A stretch of DNA of 64,000 bases from an uncultured Gammaproteobacteria bacterium (GTDB taxonomy: Bacteria; Patescibacteriota; Microgenomatia; Levybacterales; UBA12049): NCBI GenBank assembly GCA_964457465.1, contig CAYWEJ010000002.1, positions 15 to 64,014 on the forward strand, written 5' to 3'. A model generated the notes under the pieces. It had not been told where the DNA came from. It did not search any database and saw only the letters and a list, made by a program, of their open reading frames with translations. This document shows, one piece after another, positions 48,915 through 59,262 of this stretch (position 1 is its first letter; each line of letters starts with the position of its first letter). The position numbers and the translations under genes were made by a program.

Positions 48915-50438
48915 ATGTTTTGGGCAGATAAAATTGCAAAACAAATTATTGATTCAGGTGAGCACAAGCCTTATTGGGTTGACGATATGAAAACACCATC
49001 CGGCAGAGTCCACGTAGGCGCTTTGTTGGGAGTTGTCATCCATGATTTAGTATTCAGAGCGCTCAAGGATGCTGGAGTAGAAGCAAAATACACTTATGTT
49101 TTTGAAAACCATGACCCAATGGATGATATCCCATCATATTTACCTCGAGAAAAGTTCGAAAAATATCTAGGCATGCCACTTTTCGCGATTCCGTCTCCAG
49201 CTGAGGGATATAAAGACTTTGCTGAATATTACGCTTTTGAGTTCAAAGAGGCTTTTAATAAGATCGGAAGCCATCCTGAAATACTCTGGACTAAAGATTT
49301 ATATACAAGTGGGAAAATGAATGAGGGTATTAGGAAGGTTTTGGATAATGCTGAAGAAGTTCGCAGGATTTATCAAGAAATGTATAAAAAAGACATAGCC
49401 GATGATTGGTATCCTTTCCAAGTATATTGTGAGTCATGTGGTAAGGTCTCAACGACTAGAGTGTATGATTGGGATGGAGAGCATGTTCACTATCGTTGTC
49501 CAATTGATGCAACTGAATGGACAAAAGGTTGTGGGCATGAAGGGAAAACATCCCCCTTTAGCGATGAGGAGGGTATGAAAGGGAAGATGCCTTGGAAAGT
49601 AGAATGGGCAGCCAAATGGCAGGCTATTGGCGTGACTGTTGAAGGCGCTGGAAAAGACCATATGAGTCGAGGTGGCTCACATGACCTTGCTAGTCAAATA
49701 GCAAAACGTGTTTTGGGTTATCCAGTTCCCTATCCAGTTGGCTATGAATTCATGCTTATTGGAGGTAGGAAGATGTCATCCTCAAAAGGGAGAGGTTTTG
49801 CAGCAGCTGATATTGTGACGATCCTTCCTCCTGAATTGGTGCGCTTTCTTATCGTGAAAATGAATATTCAACAGCAAACAAATTTTGATCCCGCAGAAGG
49901 CGATACTATCCCAAAATTGTTTGATGAATATCAAGAACACGCAAGGGAATATTTTTCAGGAGAAAAAAATGATCAAGCCCGTATTTTTGAGTTATCGCAA
50001 GTTAGTGAGGCAAAAAAACCTCCAACCGTCCGCTTCTCAACGCTTGCTCAGTGGGTGCAAATGCCCAATATGGAATCATCAATCAAGGACCAGGGTTTAG
50101 AAGAATGGGCAGAATATGCACGAGTATGGATAGATCGTTTTGCACCAGATTCGGAGAAGTTTTTAGTCCAGCAAGAGCTTCCCTTGATTGCAAAAGACTT
50201 GTCTAGTGAACAAAAGAATTTCCTACATGGCGTTGTTGATCTTCTGCAAAATGCCTCTGATGCTGAGAGCTTTCAGAAAGATATTTATCTAAAAGCAAAA
50301 GAGATGGGACTTCCTTCAAAAGATGCGTTTGGTGCAATATATATTGCTCTTTTAGGAAAAACTTCGGGACCAAAAGCAGGTTGGCTCATTTTGTCTCTCG
50401 ATAAAGAATTTGTTCAAAATCGATTTACGTCTTTGTAA
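48915..50438 (+). CDS. lysS: lysyl-tRNA synthetase, class I
   Basis: MFWAD, TPSGRVHVG, WKVEWAAKW, EGAGKDH, KMSSSKG. Confidence 0.95.
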   Translation: MFWADKIAKQIIDSGEHKPYWVDDMKTPSGRVHVGALLGVVIHDLVFRALKDAGVEAKYTYVFENHDPMDDIPSYLPREKFEKYLGMPLFAIPSPAEGYKDFAEYYAFEFKEAFNKIGSHPEILWTKDLYTSGKMNEGIRKVLDNAEEVRRIYQEMYKKDIADDWYPFQVYCESCGKVSTTRVYDWDGEHVHYRCPIDATEWTKGCGHEGKTSPFSDEEGMKGKMPWKVEWAAKWQAIGVTVEGAGKDHMSRGGSHDLASQIAKRVLGYPVPYPVGYEFMLIGGRKMSSSKGRGFAAADIVTILPPELVRFLIVKMNIQQQTNFDPAEGDTIPKLFDEYQEHAREYFSGEKNDQARIFELSQVSEAKKPPTVRFSTLAQWVQMPNMESSIKDQGLEEWAEYARVWIDRFAPDSEKFLVQQELPLIAKDLSSEQKNFLHGVVDLLQNASDAESFQKDIYLKAKEMGLPSKDAFGAIYIALLGKTSGPKAGWLILSLDKEFVQNRFTSL

Positions 50439-50488
50439 GATTGTCAGTTTGACTACTTCATGTTATAGTATCAATCTAATATTCATAC

Positions 50489-51343
50489 ATGAAGCGAGCG
50501 CTTTTTATTCTCATTCCTTCCTTCGCTTTGGCTCTTGTCATGTTCCTCATTGTCCAGTCAGTTATTCTTGGTGGAAATGATAAAGGAGCATTGCAGGTAA
50601 CCGCTTCTCCTCAAAGTAAAGTTTATTTAAACGATAAGTATTTAGGACAAACACCGTTATGTAAATGTAATGTAAATGACATGATTAGGACAGGAGAATA
50701 CACAATAAGACTAGTGCCTTCAGGAGCTAGCGGCAATGAATTTCAAGAAAAAATAAAAATTTCAAAATCTATATTAACAGTAGTAGACAGAAAATTTGGA
50801 GACAAAACTACATCTGAAGGGAGTATCATAACGCTTGCATCAATAGCGACTGGTAAAAGAGAGCTGCTTATTACTTCTACTCCAGATAAGGCTGAGGTAT
50901 TTTTAGACAGCTCTTCATCAGGATTTACGCCCCTTCTTTTAAGGAATATAACAGAATCAGATCATGAATTGGTTTTAAAAAAGAGCGGATACGCTGATAA
51001 AAAAATAAGAATTAGAACTCCTAATAGCTATAGATTGATTGCACAGTTGTATTTAGGAGTTGGCTCAGGAGAATCAATTGAAGATACTCTTTCTCCCACT
51101 CCGACAAAAATTTCTTCTCCTTCAGCCACCCCAACAATTGTCTCACAGAAGGTGTTGATCCTGCAGACTCCTACAGGCTATCTGAGGGTTCGCGAAGATA
51201 GCTCAGTCTCCTCAGGTGAGATTGGTCGTGTTCTTCCTGGGAAAACATATCAGTTCACTGACGAGGTTGATGGGTGGTATAAAATAGTCCTTGAGAATGG
51301 AACAGAGGGATGGGTTAGCAGTGATTACGCTAAGAAGCAATAA
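50489..51343 (+). CDS. PEGA-domain and SH3b-domain membrane-anchored protein
   Basis: VYLNDKYLGQTP, GFTPL..H..KKSGY, YLRVRE...GWYKI...GWVSSDY. Confidence 0.85.
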   Translation: MKRALFILIPSFALALVMFLIVQSVILGGNDKGALQVTASPQSKVYLNDKYLGQTPLCKCNVNDMIRTGEYTIRLVPSGASGNEFQEKIKISKSILTVVDRKFGDKTTSEGSIITLASIATGKRELLITSTPDKAEVFLDSSSSGFTPLLLRNITESDHELVLKKSGYADKKIRIRTPNSYRLIAQLYLGVGSGESIEDTLSPTPTKISSPSATPTIVSQKVLILQTPTGYLRVREDSSVSSGEIGRVLPGKTYQFTDEVDGWYKIVLENGTEGWVSSDYAKKQ

Positions 51344-51345
51344 TG

Positions 51346-52290
51346 CTATGCTTGGATAACGTAGATAATAACAATAACAAGAAATGCCCACAGCATTACG
51401 GTAGCAAGAAGTGGCTTATCAGACAGAAGTACTTTTTCAGGGCTTTCACCCTCATGTTTTTCATAAATATCCTGAAGATATCTCATTAATCCATATACTA
51501 CCGGGACAATTGTTATCATAAGCCATTTTCTTTGAAGGAATGCAGGTAGATAATCAGGAAAGAAAAGATCGTTTGTTATTGAGAATCTCCTAGAGTTTTC
51601 AAGGAATGTAAAGTACGAGTATGAAATGAATGTCGATGTAGCAAAAACAGATGCATAAACATCTAGAAGTCTCTCTGAATAATGGGACAGAGTTTTTCTC
51701 ATTGCAGCAATTTGAGAGCTAGGACTTTGAGATACTAGTGTAAGTTCTGATCTTCTTTTGCCTATTGCTAGAAAAAGAGATAGGGAAATTGCTGTAAGCA
51801 AAAGCCAAACAGAAATGTGGTAGGTTGTAAGAAATTCTCCTGCATAGACCCTAAGAATATACCCTCCTGCTAATGCAAGAATATCTATCACTGCAATATT
51901 TTTGAATACGACAGAATACGAGATCTGCAAAAGAAAGTATACGAGGGCAACAATAAAGAATGCTTGCGAGATGAAGTAGCTGCTAACGATAGCAGTTGAC
52001 GCAAGGATAAAAGCGATTGCGATAGCAGCTTCAAGAGAAATATCTTTATTCGCAAGTGGCCGAAATCTTTTGAAAGGATGAAGTCTATCTTTTTTGACAT
52101 CAAAAATATCGTTAATGACGTAGATTGAGGAAGATAGGCAGCAAAAAATGATAAAACCGAAGATAACGTTTGTTAATACTGAAGGGATAAATAGTTGACC
52201 TCCGAAAGTTATCGCAGCAAAGACAGCAAAATTTTTAATCCATTGTCGTGGTCTCAGAAGCCTAAGATAATTACGAGCTGTCTTTTTCAT
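51346..52290 (-). CDS. UbiA-family prenyltransferase (polyprenyl-phosphate phosphoribosyltransferase-like)
   Basis: RPRQWIKN, YVINDIFDVKKDRLHPFKRFRPLA, AIGKRRSEL. Confidence 0.88.
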   Translation of the reverse strand: MKKTARNYLRLLRPRQWIKNFAVFAAITFGGQLFIPSVLTNVIFGFIIFCCLSSSIYVINDIFDVKKDRLHPFKRFRPLANKDISLEAAIAIAFILASTAIVSSYFISQAFFIVALVYFLLQISYSVVFKNIAVIDILALAGGYILRVYAGEFLTTYHISVWLLLTAISLSLFLAIGKRRSELTLVSQSPSSQIAAMRKTLSHYSERLLDVYASVFATSTFISYSYFTFLENSRRFSITNDLFFPDYLPAFLQRKWLMITIVPVVYGLMRYLQDIYEKHEGESPEKVLLSDKPLLATVMLWAFLVIVIIYVIQA

Positions 52291-53341
52291 GACTATATCG
52301 TACACTAAAGTGTAAGAAAAGTAATGCTCCTCCTACTATTACTACTAGCACAAGGAGAGCAAAAGGCTTACTTTCACTTTTTAAAGTGAGAGCTATTGCG
52401 CCAACTATAGCAGAGAAGCACCAATAAAACAATGCGATCTGTCTCTGACTATACCCGAATTTAAGAAGAATATGGTGAAGATGCTTATCGTCATGTAAAA
52501 ATGGGGACTTTCCCGAAAGTATTCTTCTTATGATGGTAAAAAGTGCATCAATTATAGGAATTCCCATAACAAGAATTGCTGTAGCAAATTTTGCTCCCGA
52601 TAGAATCGAAACTACTGCTAATAATAGATACATACTAGTCGCTCCATATCCAGGAAATATTTTTGCTGGAGAAAAATTAAAAACCAAAAATCCTAAAGCT
52701 GCTCCTGCAATAATAAATGATAGATTCGAGTCAATAAGAACACTACTGTCAACGGTTGGGAAACGAAGACTAAGAATGCCAATTACGAGCGCTGAGATAG
52801 CTACTATTCCTGGCATCTGACCATCGATACCCTTGCTCCAGTTGAGCATATTCATAACCCAAACAATCCAGATTCCGGCAATAATATCCCCAATCGTAAT
52901 TGGGAGAAAAGGGACTTGCATTGAAAGATGAAGAATTCCTCCAAGTGGGTGGGTAATAAAAGGAATTGATACACCGCTAAAAATGACCACACTAGCACAT
53001 AGTATATTAATGCCAAACCTTAGATATGGGGATACGTCTTTTGATCGAGCGTTGTAATAGTCATCAAGAACCCCAATGACAAGAGCTAAGAAACTTGCTA
53101 GAAAAATACCTACGGTTGTTTTGGTAATGGGTATAAAAAAGCAACTAACAAGAAGTATGCCTAAGAATAATGGAATGCCACCACCTCTTGGAATTACCTT
53201 AGTGTGGATGATCCCAGGATGTTTGTGTAATTTTGGATCATCAACAAGGCCTAATTTTTTGATACGTGGAATTAAAAAATAAGTAAGAATAGCAGTGATA
53301 AAGAAAGCAAATAATAGCGGCAGTAAAATAGTAAAAATCAT
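52271..53341 (-). CDS. WecA/TagO/MraY-family polyprenyl-phosphate HexNAc-1-P transferase
   Basis: PRGGG, GVLDD, NWSKGIDG, FNFSPAKIFPG, HLHH. Confidence 0.9.
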   Translation of the reverse strand: MIFTILLPLLFAFFITAILTYFLIPRIKKLGLVDDPKLHKHPGIIHTKVIPRGGGIPLFLGILLVSCFFIPITKTTVGIFLASFLALVIGVLDDYYNARSKDVSPYLRFGINILCASVVIFSGVSIPFITHPLGGILHLSMQVPFLPITIGDIIAGIWIVWVMNMLNWSKGIDGQMPGIVAISALVIGILSLRFPTVDSSVLIDSNLSFIIAGAALGFLVFNFSPAKIFPGYGATSMYLLLAVVSILSGAKFATAILVMGIPIIDALFTIIRRILSGKSPFLHDDKHLHHILLKFGYSQRQIALFYWCFSAIVGAIALTLKSESKPFALLVLVVIVGGALLFLHFSVRYSHEKDSS

Positions 53342-53342
53342 T

Positions 53343-53696
53343 TTATAAAATAAGTTGAATTGTTTTGAATACAAAAATTGTTGTTAAAACTGCCATAAGA
53401 AGTGAAGTGAGATTAATCATTCTGCCTAAAATTGCTGATTTTTCATAAATCACATGGGTGATGATGAGGTTGATGACGACATATAGAAAACTTAATCCTA
53501 CGGGGATAAGAATGCCAATTTTCGTCACTAGTCTTTCAGTTCCCCATGGTAGTTGGTTAAAAATTGGTACAACGGGAGGCAGAAGGGTGTAGGTAAAAAT
53601 GATAAACAAAACACTTAAAAAAAGAAAAACACCCGACAATATTATTGACCACCAAATAATTTTATCTGTGGACAGTTGATCAATGTATGATTTCAT
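53343..53696 (-). CDS. small membrane protein (3 TM)
   Basis: hydrophobic ORF in operon, LPPVVPIF..PWG. Confidence 0.7.
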   Translation of the reverse strand: MKSYIDQLSTDKIIWWSIILSGVFLFLSVLFIIFTYTLLPPVVPIFNQLPWGTERLVTKIGILIPVGLSFLYVVINLIITHVIYEKSAILGRMINLTSLLMAVLTTIFVFKTIQLIL

Positions 53697-55161
53697 AAAT
53701 ATTTGCGTTTCTTATCATTAAAACGTGCTTGTAATTATACATGGTATGGATAGATGATGGAATATCACCTATGGTTACAATAAATTTTGGTGGTTTTTTA
53801 TTAATCTGTTTTTCAAGATCTTGTTCATATGTCTTATTTCCTTGGATGTGATAAGCAACTGTAAATTTAGTTGGAGGAAGTGTTTTAGTTAGGTAGTAGA
53901 TCTGCGCGCTATTTCCCCACACAAGGAGATCATTGCGAGAAATATTTTTTGACTGAAGGTAGGTAACAATACTTTGGTCTCTAGTAGTATTTTTGTCAAA
54001 GAATGACTGATATGCGGTAGTAGATTTTTTACCAATAACAAACTCAATAAAATTTTGGTAATACCCGATTGTCTTTTTGATATTCCAGTGACGAAAGTAC
54101 ATAAGAGTTGTTGTTGTGATGATAAGTGTTAGTCCAAGCAATAAGTATCTAGTTGTGTTTTTCGTATAAAAAATTGCTCCGGCTAGCAGTGAGATACTTG
54201 GTAGTAGTACGAGGAGATAATGTGTGTATGGTCTTTGTGAAAAAAAAGAATTGAAAATTGAAAATGCTACCCATACTAAAATAAAAAGTGTTGATCTTTT
54301 CATCCTTTTTCTTTTAATGAACAGGATAGATAAAAAAGAGAGGAGGATAATAGATTTGCTAACTAATAATCCTTGCGGAATCAGAAACACATTATTGTAT
54401 CCTACATATCCAACAGTACTAAGAAAAATGGCACTTATATAATCATTAAGTGCGCCTTTGAAAGCAAATATAAAAACACTGACAACAAAGGGAGTGAAGA
54501 ACCCCACGCAATAAACAAGAAGTGGTTTGCATATATGAAGCAAATAAGTTTTTATTTTTCGGACAGTCGCCTCCTCTGGGGAATTGCTTATTGCAAGAAA
54601 TATGAAAAATGCTGCAAAATCAAAAACCCCAACAATTTTGTATAAGAAAGATATGCCAAGCAATAAACCCGGGACGAATAATTTTGTTGTTTTATATGTT
54701 TCGTTTTTGTATATAAAAAACCCTGCTAGGATACTAAGAGGTAGCATAAAATTTTCAGCGTTTGCGATATTCCCTTCAAATGTCGGAACTGCAAAAATTG
54801 CAGCAAAAAATGTTGTTGCTATAAGCGCTATTTTTTTATCAGCAAAGAGTTTATTTGCTAGAAAATATAGAGCTACTATTGAAAGAATGCCAGTTGTTAA
54901 CGATAGAAGTCTCACTTGGAATTGATCACCGTTAAAAAAAGCATACGTTAGATAAAGAAGTGGTGGTTTATTGTCCCAGATTTGTGAATAAAGCGTAAAG
55001 CCGTTATTTAGTGCGTATGCTATCGTTTCGTATATGCCTTCATCTCCGTACCAATATGGCTCAAAAAGTGAAGGGAGTCTTAGAAGAAAAAAAAGCGTGA
55101 GAATGCTCGTCAAAAGCCAAAAATGAAGAGACTTTTCTAATGTGTGCATGCGAGCTTTCAT
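53680..55161 (-). CDS. GT-C fold glycosyltransferase (ArnT/PMT-like)
   Basis: WYGDEGIY, WDNKPP, many TM helices. Confidence 0.8.
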   Translation of the reverse strand: MKARMHTLEKSLHFWLLTSILTLFFLLRLPSLFEPYWYGDEGIYETIAYALNNGFTLYSQIWDNKPPLLYLTYAFFNGDQFQVRLLSLTTGILSIVALYFLANKLFADKKIALIATTFFAAIFAVPTFEGNIANAENFMLPLSILAGFFIYKNETYKTTKLFVPGLLLGISFLYKIVGVFDFAAFFIFLAISNSPEEATVRKIKTYLLHICKPLLVYCVGFFTPFVVSVFIFAFKGALNDYISAIFLSTVGYVGYNNVFLIPQGLLVSKSIILLSFLSILFIKRKRMKRSTLFILVWVAFSIFNSFFSQRPYTHYLLVLLPSISLLAGAIFYTKNTTRYLLLGLTLIITTTTLMYFRHWNIKKTIGYYQNFIEFVIGKKSTTAYQSFFDKNTTRDQSIVTYLQSKNISRNDLLVWGNSAQIYYLTKTLPPTKFTVAYHIQGNKTYEQDLEKQINKKPPKFIVTIGDIPSSIHTMYNYKHVLMIRNANIYEIIH

Positions 55162-56651
55162 GCCTTATCTGTAACCTTGTACTCCATGCGTTTTCCTAGC
55201 ATAAGCTGGGTGTGTGAAATAAGCGCTGGTAGTGCTGATAGAAAAAATCCAACAATAGGCATGAGTAAGAATTCGAAAGGGAAAAATAACTTTCTTCTAA
55301 AAGGTAGCTTCACATTTTCTGGACGGTTTTTGTAGTCAATAAACATTAATGCAAAGATTGCTAAAATTGTTGAGGTGAGAATAAAACCTGCAAGGCTTGG
55401 CAATTTATACCCTAGATTTGTTCTTGTAAAAGCAGGATTGATAAAGGGCATAATATTTGCTGCAATTGTGATCACAAACCAGTTTACGGGCCACAAGAAG
55501 TGATCAAGAAGAACATGGTAAATCATAATTGTTTTTCTTACAAAAGGCACACCTGGGACTGTGAACCACCACTTAAGAAAAAGAGGATCATCTGACACAC
55601 CCCAAGACCATCTCCTCTCCTGATGATACTTATTTTTTAGACTATTAATGTATCCATGCGAGAAAGCAGCATCCATGGAGGTCTTAAGAAAAATTGGATC
55701 AGTCCAAGCTTGTCCTTTGAGCTTGAAAAATGCTTTGAAAAATACACGGTAGTCCTCAGGAATAACATCGGTATCCCACCAGCCGATATCGCGAAGCATT
55801 TTTATTGAGAGGGAATACGTTGATTGCGTAATGAGCCTGTCGTGTTGAACAAGCATAGAAATTCGCCATAAGCTTCCAAAAAATGAAAGAATTCTGATTG
55901 GTGCTGGTACTTGCCATATGTTGTTATAAAAGACGGTGGCTGATTGCCAGAATTTGTGGTATCTCATGGGATCAGTGATAAATTCATATGTAAGGTAAGC
56001 AAAAAATTGTTTATCAAACATAGAATCGACATCGACAGATGAAATCGTTGCAAAGTCTACATCTAAATTTCCATCGACAAAAAGTTTTTGATAAGCCTCT
56101 TTCCCTGCAAAGGACTCATTTGATGATTTACCCTTAATTTCTCCAGGAGCATCTATATGATATGTTGCAAAAAGACTTCCAAATTTACCTTTGAATTCAT
56201 TGATAATTGTTTGTGCCTTTTCAGGTGCCTCTTTTTCTCTCTCTTCCATTGCAAGAACTACATGAAGATGCTTAAGAGGAAGTGTTTGGTGAGTTAGATT
56301 TTCAATAGTTGTCCTCATCTTGCTTAGGTTTTCCTTATAGCTAAGGATAATGAGAACATGATGAACTTTGTCGTAATTTTCCTGACTCATCGCGATCTTG
56401 AGCCAATCCTTTTTTTCAGCCTCTTTAATTTTTCTAGCTCCTCTGTAAGCATTAATTACCAGAGAGTAAGATTTATAAAACCAATACGTGTCAAAAAAGA
56501 GAATAAAATAAGCTAGAAGTGTAGGGGCAAAAAGCGAACCCCAAATCGGAGAGAGAATTACTGTCCAGGAAGCCAGTCCTGGGAGTAGCTCAAGGAATCT
56601 TTTTGTCTTAATAGGGTATCTGGTAAAGACTTTGTTGAAAAAAGGAGTCAT
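55158..56651 (-). CDS. membrane-bound family 2 glycosyltransferase
   Basis: GKSSN, DVD, IPED, QERRW. Confidence 0.85.
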   Translation of the reverse strand: MTPFFNKVFTRYPIKTKRFLELLPGLASWTVILSPIWGSLFAPTLLAYFILFFDTYWFYKSYSLVINAYRGARKIKEAEKKDWLKIAMSQENYDKVHHVLIILSYKENLSKMRTTIENLTHQTLPLKHLHVVLAMEEREKEAPEKAQTIINEFKGKFGSLFATYHIDAPGEIKGKSSNESFAGKEAYQKLFVDGNLDVDFATISSVDVDSMFDKQFFAYLTYEFITDPMRYHKFWQSATVFYNNIWQVPAPIRILSFFGSLWRISMLVQHDRLITQSTYSLSIKMLRDIGWWDTDVIPEDYRVFFKAFFKLKGQAWTDPIFLKTSMDAAFSHGYINSLKNKYHQERRWSWGVSDDPLFLKWWFTVPGVPFVRKTIMIYHVLLDHFLWPVNWFVITIAANIMPFINPAFTRTNLGYKLPSLAGFILTSTILAIFALMFIDYKNRPENVKLPFRRKLFFPFEFLLMPIVGFFLSALPALISHTQLMLGKRMEYKVTDKA

Positions 56652-56653
56652 AT

Positions 56654-57460
56654 TTAAGAAAGTTTGTTGAATATAGTATAGACGTTTTGCGTTGTTTGTT
56701 CCACAATCTTCTCGTAAGAAATGCCTTTAATTTCACTTAAAAATTTTCCTACCAATATAACATATTCAGGCATATTTCTTTCTCCACGATGCGGAACGGG
56801 TGAAAGGTAGGGGCTATCTGTCTCGGTAACGATTCTTTCAAGAGGAGCTAGCCTAGCAAGCTCCGCAAGCGATACTGTTTCTTTTGGGGCTAGTCCTGGA
56901 TAGGTTATATTACCATCAAATCCAATAAAGAACCCAAGATCTAAGGCGTCTTTTAGAACCTCTTTACTGCCAGCAAAGCAATGAAACATGCCGGGAACTG
57001 TTTGGAGTAAATGCTTTCTTTCCTTAAGCATTGCTATGACATCCTCCCCTGCCAGGCGATTGTGGATTTGAAGAGGGAGCTTGAGTATGTGCGCTAACTG
57101 AATTTGAGCATCAAAGACTTCCTTTTGTACTTTGTTATCAACGATACCATTTGATTTATAGCTAAAGTAATCAAGACCTATCTCTCCAATGCCGATTACC
57201 TTATCCTTCTTTGCAATTATTTCTAGATCTTTTATCCAGTTATCTCCAAGCTCTACTTTGTCGGCGTGATGCGGGTGGACTCCTACAATAGCGTATAATT
57301 CTGGGTATTGTTTGGCCAAATCAACTGCCCACAGACTGGAGTCGTGCTTGGTCCCTGTATTGATAATTCGCGTAACGCCTTTTGAGAGAGCGCTTTTAAT
57401 AACAGCGTCATAGTCATCCTTGAAGGAATGGAAGTTAAGATGGCAATGGACATCAATCAT
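56654..57460 (-). CDS. tatD: TatD family hydrolase
   Basis: IDVHCH, GVHPH, IGEIGLDY, ETDSPY. Confidence 0.95.
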   Translation of the reverse strand: MIDVHCHLNFHSFKDDYDAVIKSALSKGVTRIINTGTKHDSSLWAVDLAKQYPELYAIVGVHPHHADKVELGDNWIKDLEIIAKKDKVIGIGEIGLDYFSYKSNGIVDNKVQKEVFDAQIQLAHILKLPLQIHNRLAGEDVIAMLKERKHLLQTVPGMFHCFAGSKEVLKDALDLGFFIGFDGNITYPGLAPKETVSLAELARLAPLERIVTETDSPYLSPVPHRGERNMPEYVILVGKFLSEIKGISYEKIVEQTTQNVYTIFNKLS

Positions 57461-57462
57461 AG

Positions 57463-58881
57463 CTAGCCAATTCTTGGGAAAAGGGGAGCTGAGCTTTTAA
57501 TCTCACCTGAGAATTGCTTAAGAATCTTTTCTGATGTTTCGGGTAAGAAAGGTTGAATAGAAAAAGCGATCGTCCTAATCTTTTTAATAATATCAACCAA
57601 GATTGGATTCGCTTCTTCTGAAGAAAGCTTCCATGGTTTTTTGTCGTTCAATAATCTGTCTGCTTTCGCTATTTCCTGCCATTGAGATTCAAGAGCGACA
57701 TTGAACTGAAACTTTTCCATAAAATTAGCTACGTCAGGATCTAGACTTGGATGTGTGTCTTCAAATGTTAGCTTATTATTTTCTGCCAATTTTGCGACAC
57801 GAGCAGCGAGGTTGCCAAGGCCGTTTGCAAGGTCTGAGTTGTACGCTTCTTTTAATTTCTCTTCTGAAAAATCACCATCCTGAAAAGGTGAAATTTTTGC
57901 AAGACAGTAGTACCTGAGAGCATCAGATCCATATTTTTCTATCATATCCAGTGGATTTACGACGTTGCCAAGTGTTTTGGACATCTTTTGGCCATTAACA
58001 GTGAAGTACTCATGAACAAATAGTTTTTTTGGTACCTCAAGCCCAGCAGAATGGAGGATAGCTGGCCAGTAGACAGCGTGAAATCTAATAATCCCCTTCC
58101 CTATCACATGAAGATCAGCTGGCCACCATTTTTGATAGGTATCGTTGTTGCTACTAAATCCAATGCCCGATTGATATATATTGAGTGCATCAAACCAGAC
58201 ATAAATACGTTGATCAGGATCTCCCGGTACTGGTACTCCCCAATTTTTTGCCCTTTTATTGCTTCGAGAGATACTGAAATCTTCAAGCCCTGATTTGATA
58301 AAAGATACTATTTCATTTTTACGGAATTCTGGAACAATTTCATAGGTGTTTGTTTGTATGAGATTCAGAAGAAAGTCCTGATATTTTGAAAGTTTGAAAA
58401 AATAGTTTTCCTCTTCAACTTCTTCAAGCTGTTTGCCCGGGTGCTCAAAACACTCTCCATTTTCGTTAAGCTCGCTCTTGCTTTTGAACTCTTCACACCC
58501 AACACAATAAAGACCTTTATACGATTTTTTATAGATGTCATCATTTTTTGCGCATAACTTCCATAACTCTTGGCTAGCTGCATGATGATTGCTGCTACTC
58601 CCCTTTTGAAAAACATCAAAATGGATCTGCAAAGCCTCAGCTAATTTTTGGAATTCTTTTGCATGCTCATCAATAAATGATTGAATATCTTTATTTTCTT
58701 TTTCAGCTGCCTGGACATTTTTGATAGCATTTTCGTCTGATCCGCAAAGATAGAAAACCTCGTTACCAAGAAGTCGTTGATAGCGATTAACGACGTCTGA
58801 TTGTATAAATTCAAGTGCGTGACCAATATGTGGCTGAGCATTTACGTAAGGAATAGAGTTAGTTATATAGAATTTATTCAT
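57463..58881 (-). CDS. metG: methionyl-tRNA synthetase
   Basis: PHIGH, YVWFDAL, KMSKTLGN. Confidence 0.97.
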   Translation of the reverse strand: MNKFYITNSIPYVNAQPHIGHALEFIQSDVVNRYQRLLGNEVFYLCGSDENAIKNVQAAEKENKDIQSFIDEHAKEFQKLAEALQIHFDVFQKGSSSNHHAASQELWKLCAKNDDIYKKSYKGLYCVGCEEFKSKSELNENGECFEHPGKQLEEVEEENYFFKLSKYQDFLLNLIQTNTYEIVPEFRKNEIVSFIKSGLEDFSISRSNKRAKNWGVPVPGDPDQRIYVWFDALNIYQSGIGFSSNNDTYQKWWPADLHVIGKGIIRFHAVYWPAILHSAGLEVPKKLFVHEYFTVNGQKMSKTLGNVVNPLDMIEKYGSDALRYYCLAKISPFQDGDFSEEKLKEAYNSDLANGLGNLAARVAKLAENNKLTFEDTHPSLDPDVANFMEKFQFNVALESQWQEIAKADRLLNDKKPWKLSSEEANPILVDIIKKIRTIAFSIQPFLPETSEKILKQFSGEIKSSAPLFPRIG

Positions 58882-58926
58882 AGTATGTGGATTGTACCAG
58901 AGTAATTAGCCTCAATCAACTTCAGC

Positions 58927-59262
58927 TTAAACCTTCTTGCTAGTAAAAAAAAGTTCAAGTGTTAATAGTATGCCAATAAGAAGAATAATAAATAGCGGAT
59001 GAGTTAGTTTAAGAGCTCGGAAAAGAAAAAAACCTACAAGAAATAGAGAAAAAAATATACCATGCTTTTTCTTTTTAAGAAAAAAAACTGGAAAAGAATA
59101 TCCTGCTAATAAAAGCAATACAAGAAAAGTCCACGTCGCAGGCAGTGGAACAAAAAGGTTTATATTTGCCGTTGGTGCAGTTGTTGTAAAAAGAAATATT
59201 ATGGAAATTAAAGAAATAATGCCAGTAATAAGATAGAGAATATTTCTTTTTTTTCTTCTCAT
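58927..59262 (-). CDS. small membrane protein (4 TM), hypothetical
   Basis: hydrophobic ORF with basic N-terminus, TATGCT-N6-ATG. Confidence 0.65.
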   Translation of the reverse strand: MRRKKRNILYLITGIISLISIIFLFTTTAPTANINLFVPLPATWTFLVLLLLAGYSFPVFFLKKKKHGIFFSLFLVGFFLFRALKLTHPLFIILLIGILLTLELFFTSKKV

